From positions 3,844,001 through 3,908,000 of the forward strand of contig OZ234493.1 in NCBI GenBank assembly GCA_965153455.1: a DNA stretch of 64,000 nucleotides. The letters are read 5' to 3'. The notes under the pieces are model-generated. The model saw only the letters and a list, made by a program, of their open reading frames with translations. It ran no database searches and was not told where the DNA came from. The position numbers and the translations under genes are program-made. The first letter of the stretch is position 1, and each line of letters begins with the position of its first letter. Shown piece after piece: positions 25,801 through 40,979 of the stretch. This stretch comes from Sphagnum compactum. Lineage: Eukaryota.

Positions 25801-28800
25801 AATCTTCAAAAGCACCCTCTGCATCTTTTATATCACGCCGGCCTACTTGCTGGGGTCGTTGCTGCAACATACCAGTTCCGAGCACTATGAGATGCAGTAA
25901 AAGAAATGGGCAGTAACCCTTGCCAGTTCTTTTCACATCAGTCCAGAAGGACAAATATGACCAAAGAGAAGCACTGTACCTTCCCTTCCTTTACAGCTCC
26001 TTTACCACGAATTGCAATTTTGGTGCCTGTCTCCTGCCAAAAAATGCACACGAATTATCTTCAGCTACACTACTGCATGTCTGCTTGCCTACTTCTGAAT
26101 CCATATATCTACTGGAGAAAAGGAAGGGTCATTCAGAACTGTAAAAGACTCTGTTTGGCATAAGTATCTGTAACCTCAGATGCATGATGATCTAATTCCT
26201 GGGTTTCTAGATGCTTACTGCCTCCATGCGTTTCTGAGTGTTTCCACGTGGCCCAAGTATGAGACCTATGAAGTTGTAGCCCGGATAGTCCTTCACCTGC
26301 ACACCCAATGGGATATATAACACCTCACATTCATAATGTTCATAATTCACATCCTGGTAAAACCCATTGAAAGACCAAAAGAGAATCTCTGCCACAACTG
26401 TTCATTGCTCACCGGAATGAAGAGCTTGGCTTCTTTGTAGACTGGTTTGTATCCTGCTGGTGGCTTGTAAGAAGGATTGAGTAGCATACATTCACCTGCG
26501 GTCTTCCATTCAATGTGAGAAAAATGGTACCATCATGATCTGTGACATGAACCACCAATTGTAATTTATGCCCAAATTATTTGAAACTGCTTTCAATGAG
26601 GAAATTTGAAAATTTGAGAGAGTATACCAATTGCCTCTCGCCTTTCTATCTCCATTTGTTCACGCCTTCTTCCCTGCAAGAATTCATGACCACGTTCTAC
26701 CCACAACTCAGCATACATACCCACTCTCCTCATACAAGTATAGGCACATAATGCATCCACAAGCTGTAAAGCACTGCCAAAAATTTCACAGGGTATTCGG
26801 AGCGCACCTTAAACATGTAAGATTCACTCAGCTACACTGAAGGGATCTTATGTTTTTAAGAACAAACATCTCATCCTGAAATGTTTGTCTGTACAAATCA
26901 ATCAGGGGAGGCAGTTGTTTTACGCTCCGTAAGGCCCTCAGACAATGGCATAACCAGAATGTGGGCACCGCCTTGGCTGCCGCCTTGGGCAGTACCCTTA
27001 TCCTGGTAACACCCTCGACCTCAGACCTTACCTACCACTTTCTAACACGGGCACCTGGAACTCTTGTGGTTCAAGATTATGACAATATACATGAAAGTCG
27101 TATCAACTAGCAGAGATAAGCCAGAACTGAGAAAGATCAATCTTGAATAGCTCAGACACACCTTTCCCCAATTGTAATTACCCAAGAGCAAATGGATTAT
27201 CCCAGAACAAAGTTGAATTGCCTGAGAGCAATGGACCAATTCTGACAAGCAGCTTGCAATCCTGAAAAGAACAGTGGAACTGACCTCCCGAGTGTTGATG
27301 CGCTGTCCATTGGAGTCGTAGATAGGAGGGGGTGATGGAGAGCGGGTAGCCTCATTAGTGTCAATTTCCAAATGCCCCATCTCCAGCTGAGCAGCAATCT
27401 GCTCGGCGCGAGTCTGCTCAAAATTCGTCCCACCAATAACAGGCATTTACTTCACTTTTAATGCCTTCACCTGGAATGGGAGCATGATCGTTCTTCCTTT
27501 TTCAGATTTGGTTAGACACCATGTACACCAGAAAGCAGTTTACATGCAATCACAAATGAGAGTATGAAATACAACTGCACTTCACATTGTTGAGCAAGTC
27601 ACATTGACAACAAAGTTTTCCTTAATTTGGTGCTAAGAGGAGTTTCAACCCTGTTGTATGTTACAGTAATTAACATGGTACTTTTCGTGTCAGTTTTTCC
27701 TATTTCAGCCTGTGTTTCAAGCAAATACAGGGTTCTAGCCCTGTGTTTGCTTGACTTTACGGATTTCTCTAATAACACAAAAAACCCACATTCCCTTTGC
27801 ACTCGGCAGATAACCTCTACAAAGAACTAAAGAAAAGAAAAATAGAGACTTCTGATCATCAGTAGTTTTTCCAATATTCTTTGATGATTGTGAAATAGCA
27901 TCGTCTCTTCAGCTCATAGCTGCCTGCCCTTTTGCAACAGGGCCAAAGTGGATGTCATGGATTCATGAAACAGCCACAACATTCATGAAGTCACATGCTT
28001 CCTGAGATCCAAGTAAAAGCTGATAAGATTCAAGGCCAGATATTTTTAATGCAAGTGTGAACTGAAATCTCAATGATATTGCAGAGAAAAACTCCACAAA
28101 AACACTGTGAAGCTCACTGTGTGTTAGTTCCTGCCAAGCTAAAACAAACATGAGAAGAACGAGCACAATCATAACCTTCTGAGTGTCAATCACAAAGTAT
28201 CAGATCATCATCTCTTCATCATGAATGGGTGGTGACTAGCTGCCATTGGTCCCCACTTACTTCATCAGCTCCTGAGAAAGCCTCAGAGGAATGAAACCTA
28301 GAGCCAAAGCAAGAGCAACCTTGCACTTGGATGCCTGGCAGAAGTCTCAATAATCTGAAGTCCTCTAGCTATTAGCAGAAGGCTAAGACTGTCATAGACT
28401 GCTTCCTGGCAATGGCCAGATCTCTGGCACACTCAGGTTTTCATCAAGTGTTGACATCAGCAATATGCCTTTTGCCATTACAATATACCCAAAGTGGTTC
28501 ACCTGTACACTAAAGAGAAAAAACCAAAAGCCTTTCACTGCTCCAGAAACCAAGCAAAACAGTTGATTAGACACACACATATGCACATGACAGAAACAAT
28601 GGTGAATGAGGAACATGGCAACTGAACCTGCAAAGCAAGGGCCCGACCACGCTTCACTATTGGATCGTCAGTCAAGTCCAGTCCCCACTTTGTTTTTCTT
28701 GATGTCTTTTTCCCTTGATCATTAGCAGTTGGCAACTCAGGTGTTGGGTCCCACTTGCTGACTACATTCCGGGTCACTGGGACCAGCGCACCAGAAAGTT

Positions 28801-29074
28801 TATTTTTAGGAATCACAAAGCTCACACCACCTTTCATTGTTGAGGCTCCAGGCTTTGCAGAGGAGGGTGCTATGCCTTCATGAGACAGAGAGCTGGCATT
28901 CGCTGCATCTGCATTACTAGCAGAGTGGGCTGCCATTAGAACAGCTGCAGTTCTCTGGGCTGTTGCCATGGCCTCTGCAAGAAACACAGAAGAATTTGGC
29001 ATACTTGGGTCTCCAGCAGCATGCACCCCAATTTTCCCTTCAGTCACCAGTCCATTGGCAGCTGCATTTGCCAT
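22872..29074 (-). CDS. SF1: Splicing factor 1 / branchpoint-binding protein-like (KH-QUA2, two CCHC knuckles, Pro-rich tail), about 12 coding exons
   Basis: Exons 28628-29074, 27285-27413, 26628-26673, 26413-26495, 26219-26296, 25980-26033, 25718-25861, 25413-25467, ~25143-25243, ~24850-24932, ~24421-24549 and ~22872-24308. They encode RKTKW (ULM-like), [48 protein letters not shown] (KH), [22 protein letters not shown] (QUA2), [28 protein letters not shown] and C-terminal [12 protein letters not shown]. Confidence 0.9.
26929..27031 (-). promoter_or_regulatory. Long intronic RNA hairpin containing a 5' splice-site consensus
   Basis: The minus-strand sequence GTAAGGTCT...GGGCCTTAC folds by eye into a nearly symmetric stem of about 45 paired positions with many G-U pairs. 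It begins exactly at AG|GTAAGG. Confidence 0.6.
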
Positions 29075-30049
29075 GGCTAGGAAGATATCACGTTGCCACT
29101 TGGCAGATGATTACTGAATCTGATGCATTCACAAACTGTAAATCACACCTGCCAAAAGACCAAGAAGCAGCAATCTGTGATCCCCATCAAAAGATAAAGG
29201 AGACCGAGATTAAGCATTCGTAGGCGGCACAAATTTTGACTGGCTTCCTAAATCTCATCATGTTCCTCTGAAAATATATGTGCAAAAAAAGAGCAAGAGA
29301 TACATACACTGAATTGTAGGAAAAAATTTACAAATTAAGCCACAATTGGAGAGGGAAAGAAACCAGAAAAAAAGAGATTAACATGAGGAACTAAATCCGC
29401 TACCTCTGAGAGGCAATTAGGGTTACTGACCTTTCTTTGCACACAAGGTGTGCAAGCCAGCCCCCAACTTGGGAATGAAGAGAAGGGCTCCAAGAGGGAA
29501 AGGAAAACAAAAAGGATGGACATAATCACAAGCATCTTACCTCCTTCACTGGTGGTGGATCTCTAGATGGGCTACACTACCCCATCTGCATGGATCATTG
29601 AGGGAGGAGGGCCTGAAATCCACACTGCCCAAAAAACTGCCAGTTCTGCCTGCCTCTCCCCTATCCAAGAATAAAACATAACTTGTAGCTTGAGTGCAAG
29701 GCATAAAACATCATCAATATCAATGCCATTCTGCTGCAGAAATCCTGTCAGAACTCAGAAACTCTCACATGTAGATGAACAAAGACCCTGATTCCTGTTA
29801 CCTGGATATTGCAGTGTAGAAATCAATTGACAAAAACAGATTTTTCTTGGGTTTGTTAACTTCCTTGAATGAGTTCCACAAAGTCCAAGCTCAAGAGTGT
29901 GCCTTGTTATCTCTCTTGTACATTTCAGGTAGTGTCTGTATGCAAAGCCACAGCCAAGTAGAAACACCCACTACTGCCTCTATGCAAAGAAAGCATCTTG
30001 TGTGGGGGGAGAGAGAGAAAACACACATCAGGAGGAAACAAAAACAAAC

Positions 30050-30090
<41 letters not shown>

Positions 30091-30415
30091 GAGGGAGGGA
30101 GAGAGAGATAATGGCAAAGCCATTCTTACTCAATCACAAGAACAATCCTCGCGAAGAGGAGGCTGTTGTGGACGCTCCCAATAACCCAAAAAGAAATTTT
30201 TTCCTCTTTGATTCAGAGATGCGAAAATTTGACTTCGTTTCTTGACGAAAGCTAACTGCTTGCTGCTGCACCTACCCGACAAGAAACAACCGCTTCTTCA
30301 TACCAAACCCTAAATCAAGGGCATCATCATCATCATCATCAGAAAAGCAAGGCCAGAAAGATCTTTATGTAGTAGTTTTTTGGATGGAATGGGATGGTGA
30401 ATTGGGGAAGAAGAC
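30050..30415. promoter_or_regulatory. Short bidirectional promoter/5' region between the SF1-like and IMP1 genes
   Basis: The genes are head-to-head. A (GA)n tract lies at about 30052-30107 and a telo-box AAACCCTAA at 30305-30313. Confidence 0.5.
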
Positions 30416-32034
30416 ATGATGGCAGCAGCATGGAGGGCATTGCTTCGGGAAGCATGGGAGCGATCCGTGGTCTTCACACAGTTCATTTGCTTTCTCAATG
30501 TGTTCTCCAACCATGTTGCTGAAGTTCACCAGGTAAGTAGTAAGACCATATCATATCATATCATGGCTGCTGATGAGTCCTAGTCTTCTTCCTCATTGCT
30601 TCGCAGAAGATTCACAACATGCATGTAGTATGTATCCTGACATCTGTTGCTTTTGAGTCATTTCTGTTGTTTTTTGTGCAATGTTCATTCCAGTACAGAT
30701 AATCAAACCCATTCTGTTTAGTGGTTATAGCAGATGGCTCTAGCTTGTTGATGGTTGTGGGTGGGTTCTTCACAGTGGGTGTTGGAATCACTGAACCTGG
30801 GCAATTGCACTCCTTGGAGGGGAGAAGATTTAGCCAACATTGTTTTGACGGCTTACTTACTTGCCTCTTTTGTCTTCATCATCTTGGCATGGAGTGGAAG
30901 GATCTTAACCTAAATGTACTGGCAAAGATTGCATCTGCTGCAAGGGCTGCAAAAAAAACCTGAAATTTGTTCATACATTTTTGTAAACAAAATCTGGAAG
31001 TCCATATCTGAATTAGGGTATGTGTTTCCATGAGATCCACTCACCCTTCTGATATGGAAGCTGGGAACGAACAGATACATTGGAAGTTTGTAAGAACAAG
31101 AGGTCTGTCTCTGACAGTCTTGTGTCTGTATTTGTGTGCCAGTGCTTAGGGCCGAGCATGCTTCCAACATTCAATGTCTCAGGTGACATATTGCTGTTGG
31201 AGCACTTGTCATCCAAGTTTGAGAAAGTTAGGCCAGGAGATGTGGTCATGGCCCGCTCTCCTGTAAATCCAAACCTGGTTGTGTGCAAGCGAGTGCTTGG
31301 TTTGGAAGGTGATTGTGTCACTGTTCTTCCCACTTCCAGCAGAGGCCATGTTAAGCAAGTTGTGGTATGCATTTACCAAAGAACAATTTTTTGTTTTCTG
31401 AGTTAGTTCTCGTGTCTTCCATTCTTCTTCTTCTTGCTAGCTAGCTCTTTGTCATTATTTGTGTTTCACTGTCTATGAAGTCCGGCATTTTGGTGAATGG
31501 AAAAAAGAATTATAAACAATTTTCTTGGACATTATTGTAAAGGGTTTTTCATTCACTTCTTCCTGTATATGAGCCCGATGTTCAATGTGGTCAATGTTCT
31601 TTTAGATACATTCTTATATAACTCATGGTTTCTGTCATCATTGTCTCAGTGTTCTGATTTTTGTTGTGACCCTATGCCAGGTACCAAAGGGTCATGTGTG
31701 GTTGCAGGGTGACAATGCCTACAATTCCACTGACTCCAGGCATTATGGCGCTGTTCCCTACGCCCTCATTCAGGGCAAAGTCTTTTACAGAGTATGCTCA
31801 TCACTTATCTGTCCATTCATCTGCTTTCTGAGAAATGTTATCTGCAGAATGAATCCAAGACAATTGCAGAGGAACACCCCATGCGCACCTCATTGTTGTT
31901 TGTTGTTGAGTTTGTTATTTGGTGCACAGTGCCAACAGCATTCTGATGATCTATCCGTGTTCTTCATTTTGTTGTTGGCCAAGCAGATATGGCCACCAGA
32001 AGGTTGGGGCCCAGTGCTGAATCGGCAGCCGTAA
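30416..32034 (+). CDS. IMP1: Mitochondrial inner membrane protease subunit 1 (peptidase S26), 4 exons
   Basis: Exons 30416-30532, 31143-31364, 31681-31791 and 31987-32034 are in frame. They contain catalytic GPSMLPT (Ser) and VCKRV (Lys), [24 protein letters not shown] and C-terminal RIWPP. Confidence 0.93.
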
Positions 32035-32590
32035 TGGACCACCTCTGTATTGAGATCTTTGTGTAGGGCAGAAAACTGGCTGTGTCTTTGAACAAGGCCT
32101 AAGCATAGGAGAGAATTGTGCTTCTCGGGAGTTTTCAAGCTGTGGTGCAAACAAGTTGGAATTCTCACACACACACACACAGTTTGGAAAGAAGACAAGG
32201 AAAGGGAGGTTAAAAGGAGTACTCAAACATACCCAATTTTTGTGAGCTTTTCTCCTTGTCATTAACCTAGTTCTGCCTAGCGGTGTCTTTTACACAATTC
32301 ATGCTTGATCAAGCTATGGACATTGAAAATCAAGGTCACATGGGTTCAAGCCTTTGTGCAAGATGTGAAATTTGTCTTCTTCTTCTTCTTCTTCCACTTC
32401 TTCCACTTCTAGTCTCTAGTAGTCCACACACATCTAAACTTGAAAGGGCTTTAAAAAAACATTAATGAGGTATCTTGGTTGCAAATGTTTGGTGGGTATC
32501 ATGGTGAAAACATTGAAATGTGAAACAAGGTTGCTTTGGGAATGCTTGATGCATCATCCTCTTGCAATCCATTGCCTTCCATTGCCTTTT

Positions 32591-32685
32591 AAATCATTTC
32601 TCGATTTGTGCACGTCATCCTTGCATAGGGGCCATGCAAATCTTCTCTATATCGTTCCAATTTTATCATATGTCTATGAAGAGAC
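32591..32685 (-). pseudogene. U6: U6 snRNA retropseudogene with target-site duplication
   Basis: The reverse complement GTCTCTTCATAGACATATGATAAAATTGGAACGATATAGAGAAGATTTGCATGGCCCCTATGCAAGGATGACGTGCACAAATCGAGAAATGATTT aligns along plant U6. The ACAGAGA box is mutated to ATAGAGA and the AGC triad to TGC. Flanks are TTCCATTGCCTTTT (32577-32590) and TTCCATTGCCCTTTT (32686-32700). Confidence 0.92.
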
Positions 32686-34099
32686 TTCCATTGCCCTTTT
32701 GAAGTTTGTAGAGAGTGCCAAACAATAATTAAGAAATGTTAAGGCAAATTCAACAAGAACCAAAGAACATAATTTCTTTTCAAAATTATTTTAGCCATTT
32801 GGAGTGCCGTCATAGACTCCAAATGGCATGCTGACTGGAGAAGTCCATATCAAATAAGGAAGACTTCTCACAAAAATAATACCTCCAACAAGCTCTAAGA
32901 GGCAAGGAAAAGAGAGTTTCTGCCCAAAGACAATGAGGACCGAATCAGGTGAAGTCAGAAGGACAGTATCAATAGGGGTTGTAAACTTGTAGGTAGTAGG
33001 TACGTTTTAGACAGGGAAGGTGGGCAGCACTTATTATGGGTCATCCACTTATGAAATTTTCTTCTCTCGTTAGTCTAGTCAACGAGGACATATAAGAAAT
33101 CTTCACACTCCAACCAATTGTACCATGAGTTGACCTCCAAAATCTGCTAAGCATTTAGGGTCCTAGGGGTTAATTGAGCATTCGATGATCTAGCATTTGA
33201 AGAGCACCATCAGTCTCAGGTTTGGCAAAAAAATTACCTAATTTGATGAAACCGTTTGCCCCTGCTCCTCCAAGGTTTTCTACAAAATGGAACCTGTGTG
33301 TCTTTTTTGAACCCAATTCTTCACACTCCTAAAATTCCTGCACTCCAGTTATTCCAAAACAAATCCCACACCAGCATGTAAAAACACATCCCCAAACATG
33401 ACAAACAAAATCTAATCTCATTAACAAAATTTAATACACAAAGTTCATATGGATAGTTGATGGTTAGATGTGACATTTTAGATAGTCCTTTAGACTTAGA
33501 AGCTCTTTAGCCACCTATGCACTAGAATTCTACTCTTGGCTTCAAGCTTTGAATAAGAAACACATCCTTTAAAGGAGATAGATAGTCAAAAGAAGGTTCC
33601 CCCCTGGTGATTCAAACTCTTGTCTACAAACATAATCAAAAACTTGTTTTTAAATACTGAATGCAGTTCGTAGAAAGAAAGCTTGAAAGGAAAATCAAGT
33701 TTTGGAATCAAGATCAGAGGTGAGATTTTCATGATTCTTGACAATAAAGTGATGCCCATAATAGACCTTCATTGCTGCACCTTTTATACTTCAGAATACA
33801 AGTTCTACTACTTCGTACTAACAAGGGGTTCAGTGTGTAATGATTCTGCCCCTTATAGCAAAAGTTCAAACTAGCAACAACAATCAAAATTGGAAATATT
33901 TCATGAAGTTCCCAAAAAAATGAACTCCCAGTTAGTTCACACTAACACCTAGTGAACATTCCTCAAAATGTGGGACCACATGAGAACGACATTGTTCTGT
34001 AGTCTCTTGCTGAGAGGCATAGCATGATCTAGGGTTTGGTGCATACTTTAGTAATGGCAAGATGATATGGTTGTATCCTCAACATGTTTGCTGGAAATC

Positions 34100-35390
34100 T
34101 TACTTGGAAAGCACAGAATTGGAGACATCAAAGGCATGATCCATTTCCTGTATCATGCACCTCCAAATCTTGTCTTAGGGTCCTGCCACACTACTGGCAG
34201 TGGCACAGCAGTAGGCAGAATCTTGTAAAGGTTATTGGTCAAGAAGAACATAGGCTGCCTCTGTGGCTATGAAACTATAGTGCAGGGAGTGTGGGAGATT
34301 CACTTAAATAGCAACAGAAAGAAAAACTCGCAAAGATAATGAAATAGACCAAGAACTTAGAACTAGGACTACTACTTCTTCCATTGTGATTTTCAATCTG
34401 TCAATCAGCATTTTGCAAGGCCTGAGAATGCCAAACTTGTCTGTTCTTCCTGACAAGATTGATGGGAGCATTACTGCAGTTCAACACTTCAATAGCTGGT
34501 CCACCCTGACAGTTCTACTGTGAGGCAAACAAGCTTCACAATCCAAGATTTCCCTAATTTCGTTCATCACAGAAGCCCATGAATCAAACCACATTCTCAC
34601 CTTGGTTGGATCTGTTGATTCAGTGTTCCATGTCCTGAAGTGCTCAGTAATTTTCTTATCTTCCTCTGTAGCTGCTACAGATCTGCAATGTCGAACTTGT
34701 GGCTGACAACAACATACAATGCAACTTTCAAAACTGAAGGTGTGGGCACAATCATCAGAGATCAAAGGACTTGATGCAGGTTTCTCAATTGCCTAGGAAA
34801 GAACTTTGACTGCCAAAATGCTTGATTGCACAAATCTTGATACAGAAGCAGTAACCCTAGCTTCATTCATAACCAATTCGTTGGCAACTGGCAACTGTGG
34901 CATCATTATCCTTCAAGAAAAAGAGAAAGCTTGCATCTTCAAAAGCATACACATCCAAAAATTCCAGCAGGTACAGTAAGAGTTTCAAAACTTGGAGTGC
35001 TGGTATTCCTTTGAAAGACACACATGACGTCATCAAACTTGTTTATGAACAGAACTCAGCCACATGAAACAATAATAAGGCTTCAGGGATGGGGGCTGAT
35101 GTAAATCAAGTTCATTGCAAAAGGCAAATGACATCCAGATACTGCACAAAGGCTGTAGGTAGAGGGTTGGAACACATCATTTGTAACAAGCAGCACATCA
35201 AGCAGTCCGATCCAAGAGATTACAGAAACATCCAAGAGATTCACAGAACCAGAGAAAAAAGAACCAAAAACAACCAAAAACAATAAAAATCAGGAACGGT
35301 TAGGTATAAGGAAACACCTAATGGCCCGTCAATAACTCGTTTGTTCTCTTCATCACTCGTGTGCTGGTTGGACAGCTGCTGCTGCAGCTA
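34100..35390 (-). pseudogene. Possible decayed multi-exon gene of unknown family
   Basis: Exon-like blocks with AG/GT borders whose best frames are interrupted by TAG/TGA, e.g. SSILAVKVLS*AIEKPASSPL and *NCQGGPAIEVLNC..NAD*QIENH. No recognisable domain. Confidence 0.3.
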
Positions 35391-35837
35391 CCACCAATTT
35401 GACACTAATTGCAATAATTCATTCATGAGCACGCCAGAACGAATAATAAGAGGAGGGGAGTTGAATAAGTACGCATATGATCTGCTCAATGATTGATAAC
35501 AACTTCCAATAATGAAGATCCTCGCACCATTCATGCATTGATCGAGATGAGCATCTCCACCCGTTCTTCTGTTTTGCGCTGGCTGGTGCAACGGCAACAG
35601 CAGCAGGGCAGCAGGACACAATGGCAGAAGCCTGCAGTCTCGGCGGGGAAGCTTCGGGTCCCGTGATGTGACGACGCCGAAGACGGCCCTCTACGAGGTC
35701 CTAAATCAGATGTCCTCCGGTTTTTGAGACCTCATCTGATACCCTAATTTGGCCGATGATTGGGCGACAAGGGGGGGGGGGGGGTTTGGTGAGTGTGTAC
35801 GAAATTTTTAGTCACCTCGTTCTGGGCATGTCGAAAT

Positions 35838-36138
35838 CAGCGTCGTGCGGTTATTTGAATTTTCAAAGAACCCCCGGTTCACGTTTTCGATCCTTCGAAA
35901 ATCAGAGAATCTCCGGTTCTCAAATTTCTGAATCAAAGAACCTCCGGGTCCGTTCATTTCAAACCCATTGAAGAACCGGAGGTTTCTATCTAATCGTTTG
36001 ATTTTTCAATTTTTAGAACCGTGGTCATATACCAGGATCGAGTCTTTGATTTTGTTGAGAACTGCGGTTATGAGTCCTGTACACCACCCTGATGACCGTC
36101 GGAGGTCTGTTGCTGTTTTTAATAACCGCCCAACACTG
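35838..36138. mobile_element. hAT-type MITE (301 bp) upstream of ARF1
   Basis: TIRs CAGCGTCGTGCGGTTATT / AATAACCGCCCAACACTG (15/18 match) and 8-bp TSD GTCGAAAT (35830-35837) / GTCGAAAG (36139-36146). Internal GAACC..GGTTC sub-repeats. Confidence 0.8.
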
Positions 36139-36377
36139 GTCGAAAGCAGTCATTGAACAGGCAAACCACGTGACAAGATCCCCGGAGATGGGTACGCATC
36201 TCGATTGGGATCTGGATTTGCTTATTTTTCTTCTTCTTCTTCTTCAGCTGGCGCATTCGCTGTTTTCTTGTGTTGTGTGTTTCGGTGTTTTGCGCTGGGG
36301 TTTCGCTTGGTGCATTGCGTCGCAGATCGGCGAGTTTTTCCGTTTCTCCTCGCACGGGGAGAAGGAAAATCTTGTGA

Positions 36378-39791
<3,414 letters not shown>

Positions 39792-40903
39792 CCTGAGGTG
39801 CAGAGCAATGGTGGAAGAAGTGTATGCCGGGATTTTTGATGTTGCTCTCAATTGCAGAAGCTAGCACAATTTTTATGTAGTTACAACATTTGCTGCTTAT
39901 ATTGTATTCACGTTGTTCCTCTGAGGACATGGATATTAATTTGAATGGAATGTGTATGCCCTATAGTTTTTTCTGTTGTCGTGGCCAGGTGTTGGATGTT
40001 GTGGGAGACGAACATGTCGAAATATGAGAGCAGAGAAGTGTGGGATGTTTTGAGAATAGAACATTTTATCTTGACTAGATGAATCATGAAAGTATCTGTA
40101 AAGTGGTTGGAACTGGGGATGAGAACCCCTAGTTTCACCAAAAGAGGGTGCCAGGGAAAAGAGAGAAGGAAACCTGAACATAGTTTAAAATTGAAGATCA
40201 AGCTCTCTGTCACTGGAATTTGTGAGTTGACAAGATGTTGTCAAAAATGGAGTTTGGACCTGAGTTTTATTTTCCCCATTGATTTATAATAATAGAGTTG
40301 TCCGGAAAGTCACCCCCTCCCCTATGGCCTCCATTTTCACCCCCTATTCCCTCTTTCAGAGGTGTCTGCACAGTAAGGAAATTTTATTGAATATTTGAAA
40401 CGCAGCATCTGATGCACAAGGTTCGAGAGTAATTATAGTCGTTGTACAGGTAGGAGCAGTGAAAATATATGTATGTAGGAGCAATGGAGACGCTCAGGGA
40501 GAAGAAAGACAGGATGAAACTCAGTTAACCACCAAAATTGGTGGAAAATACTAGTTTGGGTCCCAGTTATTTCGTTTTGTAAACTTTTCATTAATTTTCA
40601 TTCCCAGTTACGTGTTTGATGCCCTATTATTCCGAAACCGGCTGTCCTCGCCCCCTAATCGCCGGACTTTACAGAAAACTTTAATATCTGCAATTATTTC
40701 AGGCATTACTGTATTGGGAAGATTATAAACCTTGAAACTTCTGCTTTCATGGATGAATAAAAACTCACCCTCATGTGGGTGACATCTGTACAATGAGATT
40801 GTCATTTATACAAATTATTTTAAAACCCACGAAATTCAAAATACTAAAATTATTCATGCCTTCAAGCAATTTGAAATATTACAAATAAACACCATTATTG
40901 ATG

Positions 40904-40907
<4 letters not shown>

Positions 40908-40935
<28 letters not shown>
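40908..40935. repeat. (GA)n microsatellite
   Basis: Uninterrupted GA run. Confidence 0.9.
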
Positions 40936-40939
<4 letters not shown>

Positions 40940-40979
40940 AAGAAGGCAAATGCCTTAATAATTGGCATTCAAGGGAGTC

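Noticed and set aside
29545-29730. Conserved-peptide uORF in the SF1-like leader
   Set aside because: On re-reading, the frame does not stay open as first thought and no known peptide is recognisable.
32591-32685. Functional U6 snRNA gene
   Set aside because: Invariant ACAGAGA and AGC are mutated, the 3' end is degenerate, and a TSD replaces the promoter.
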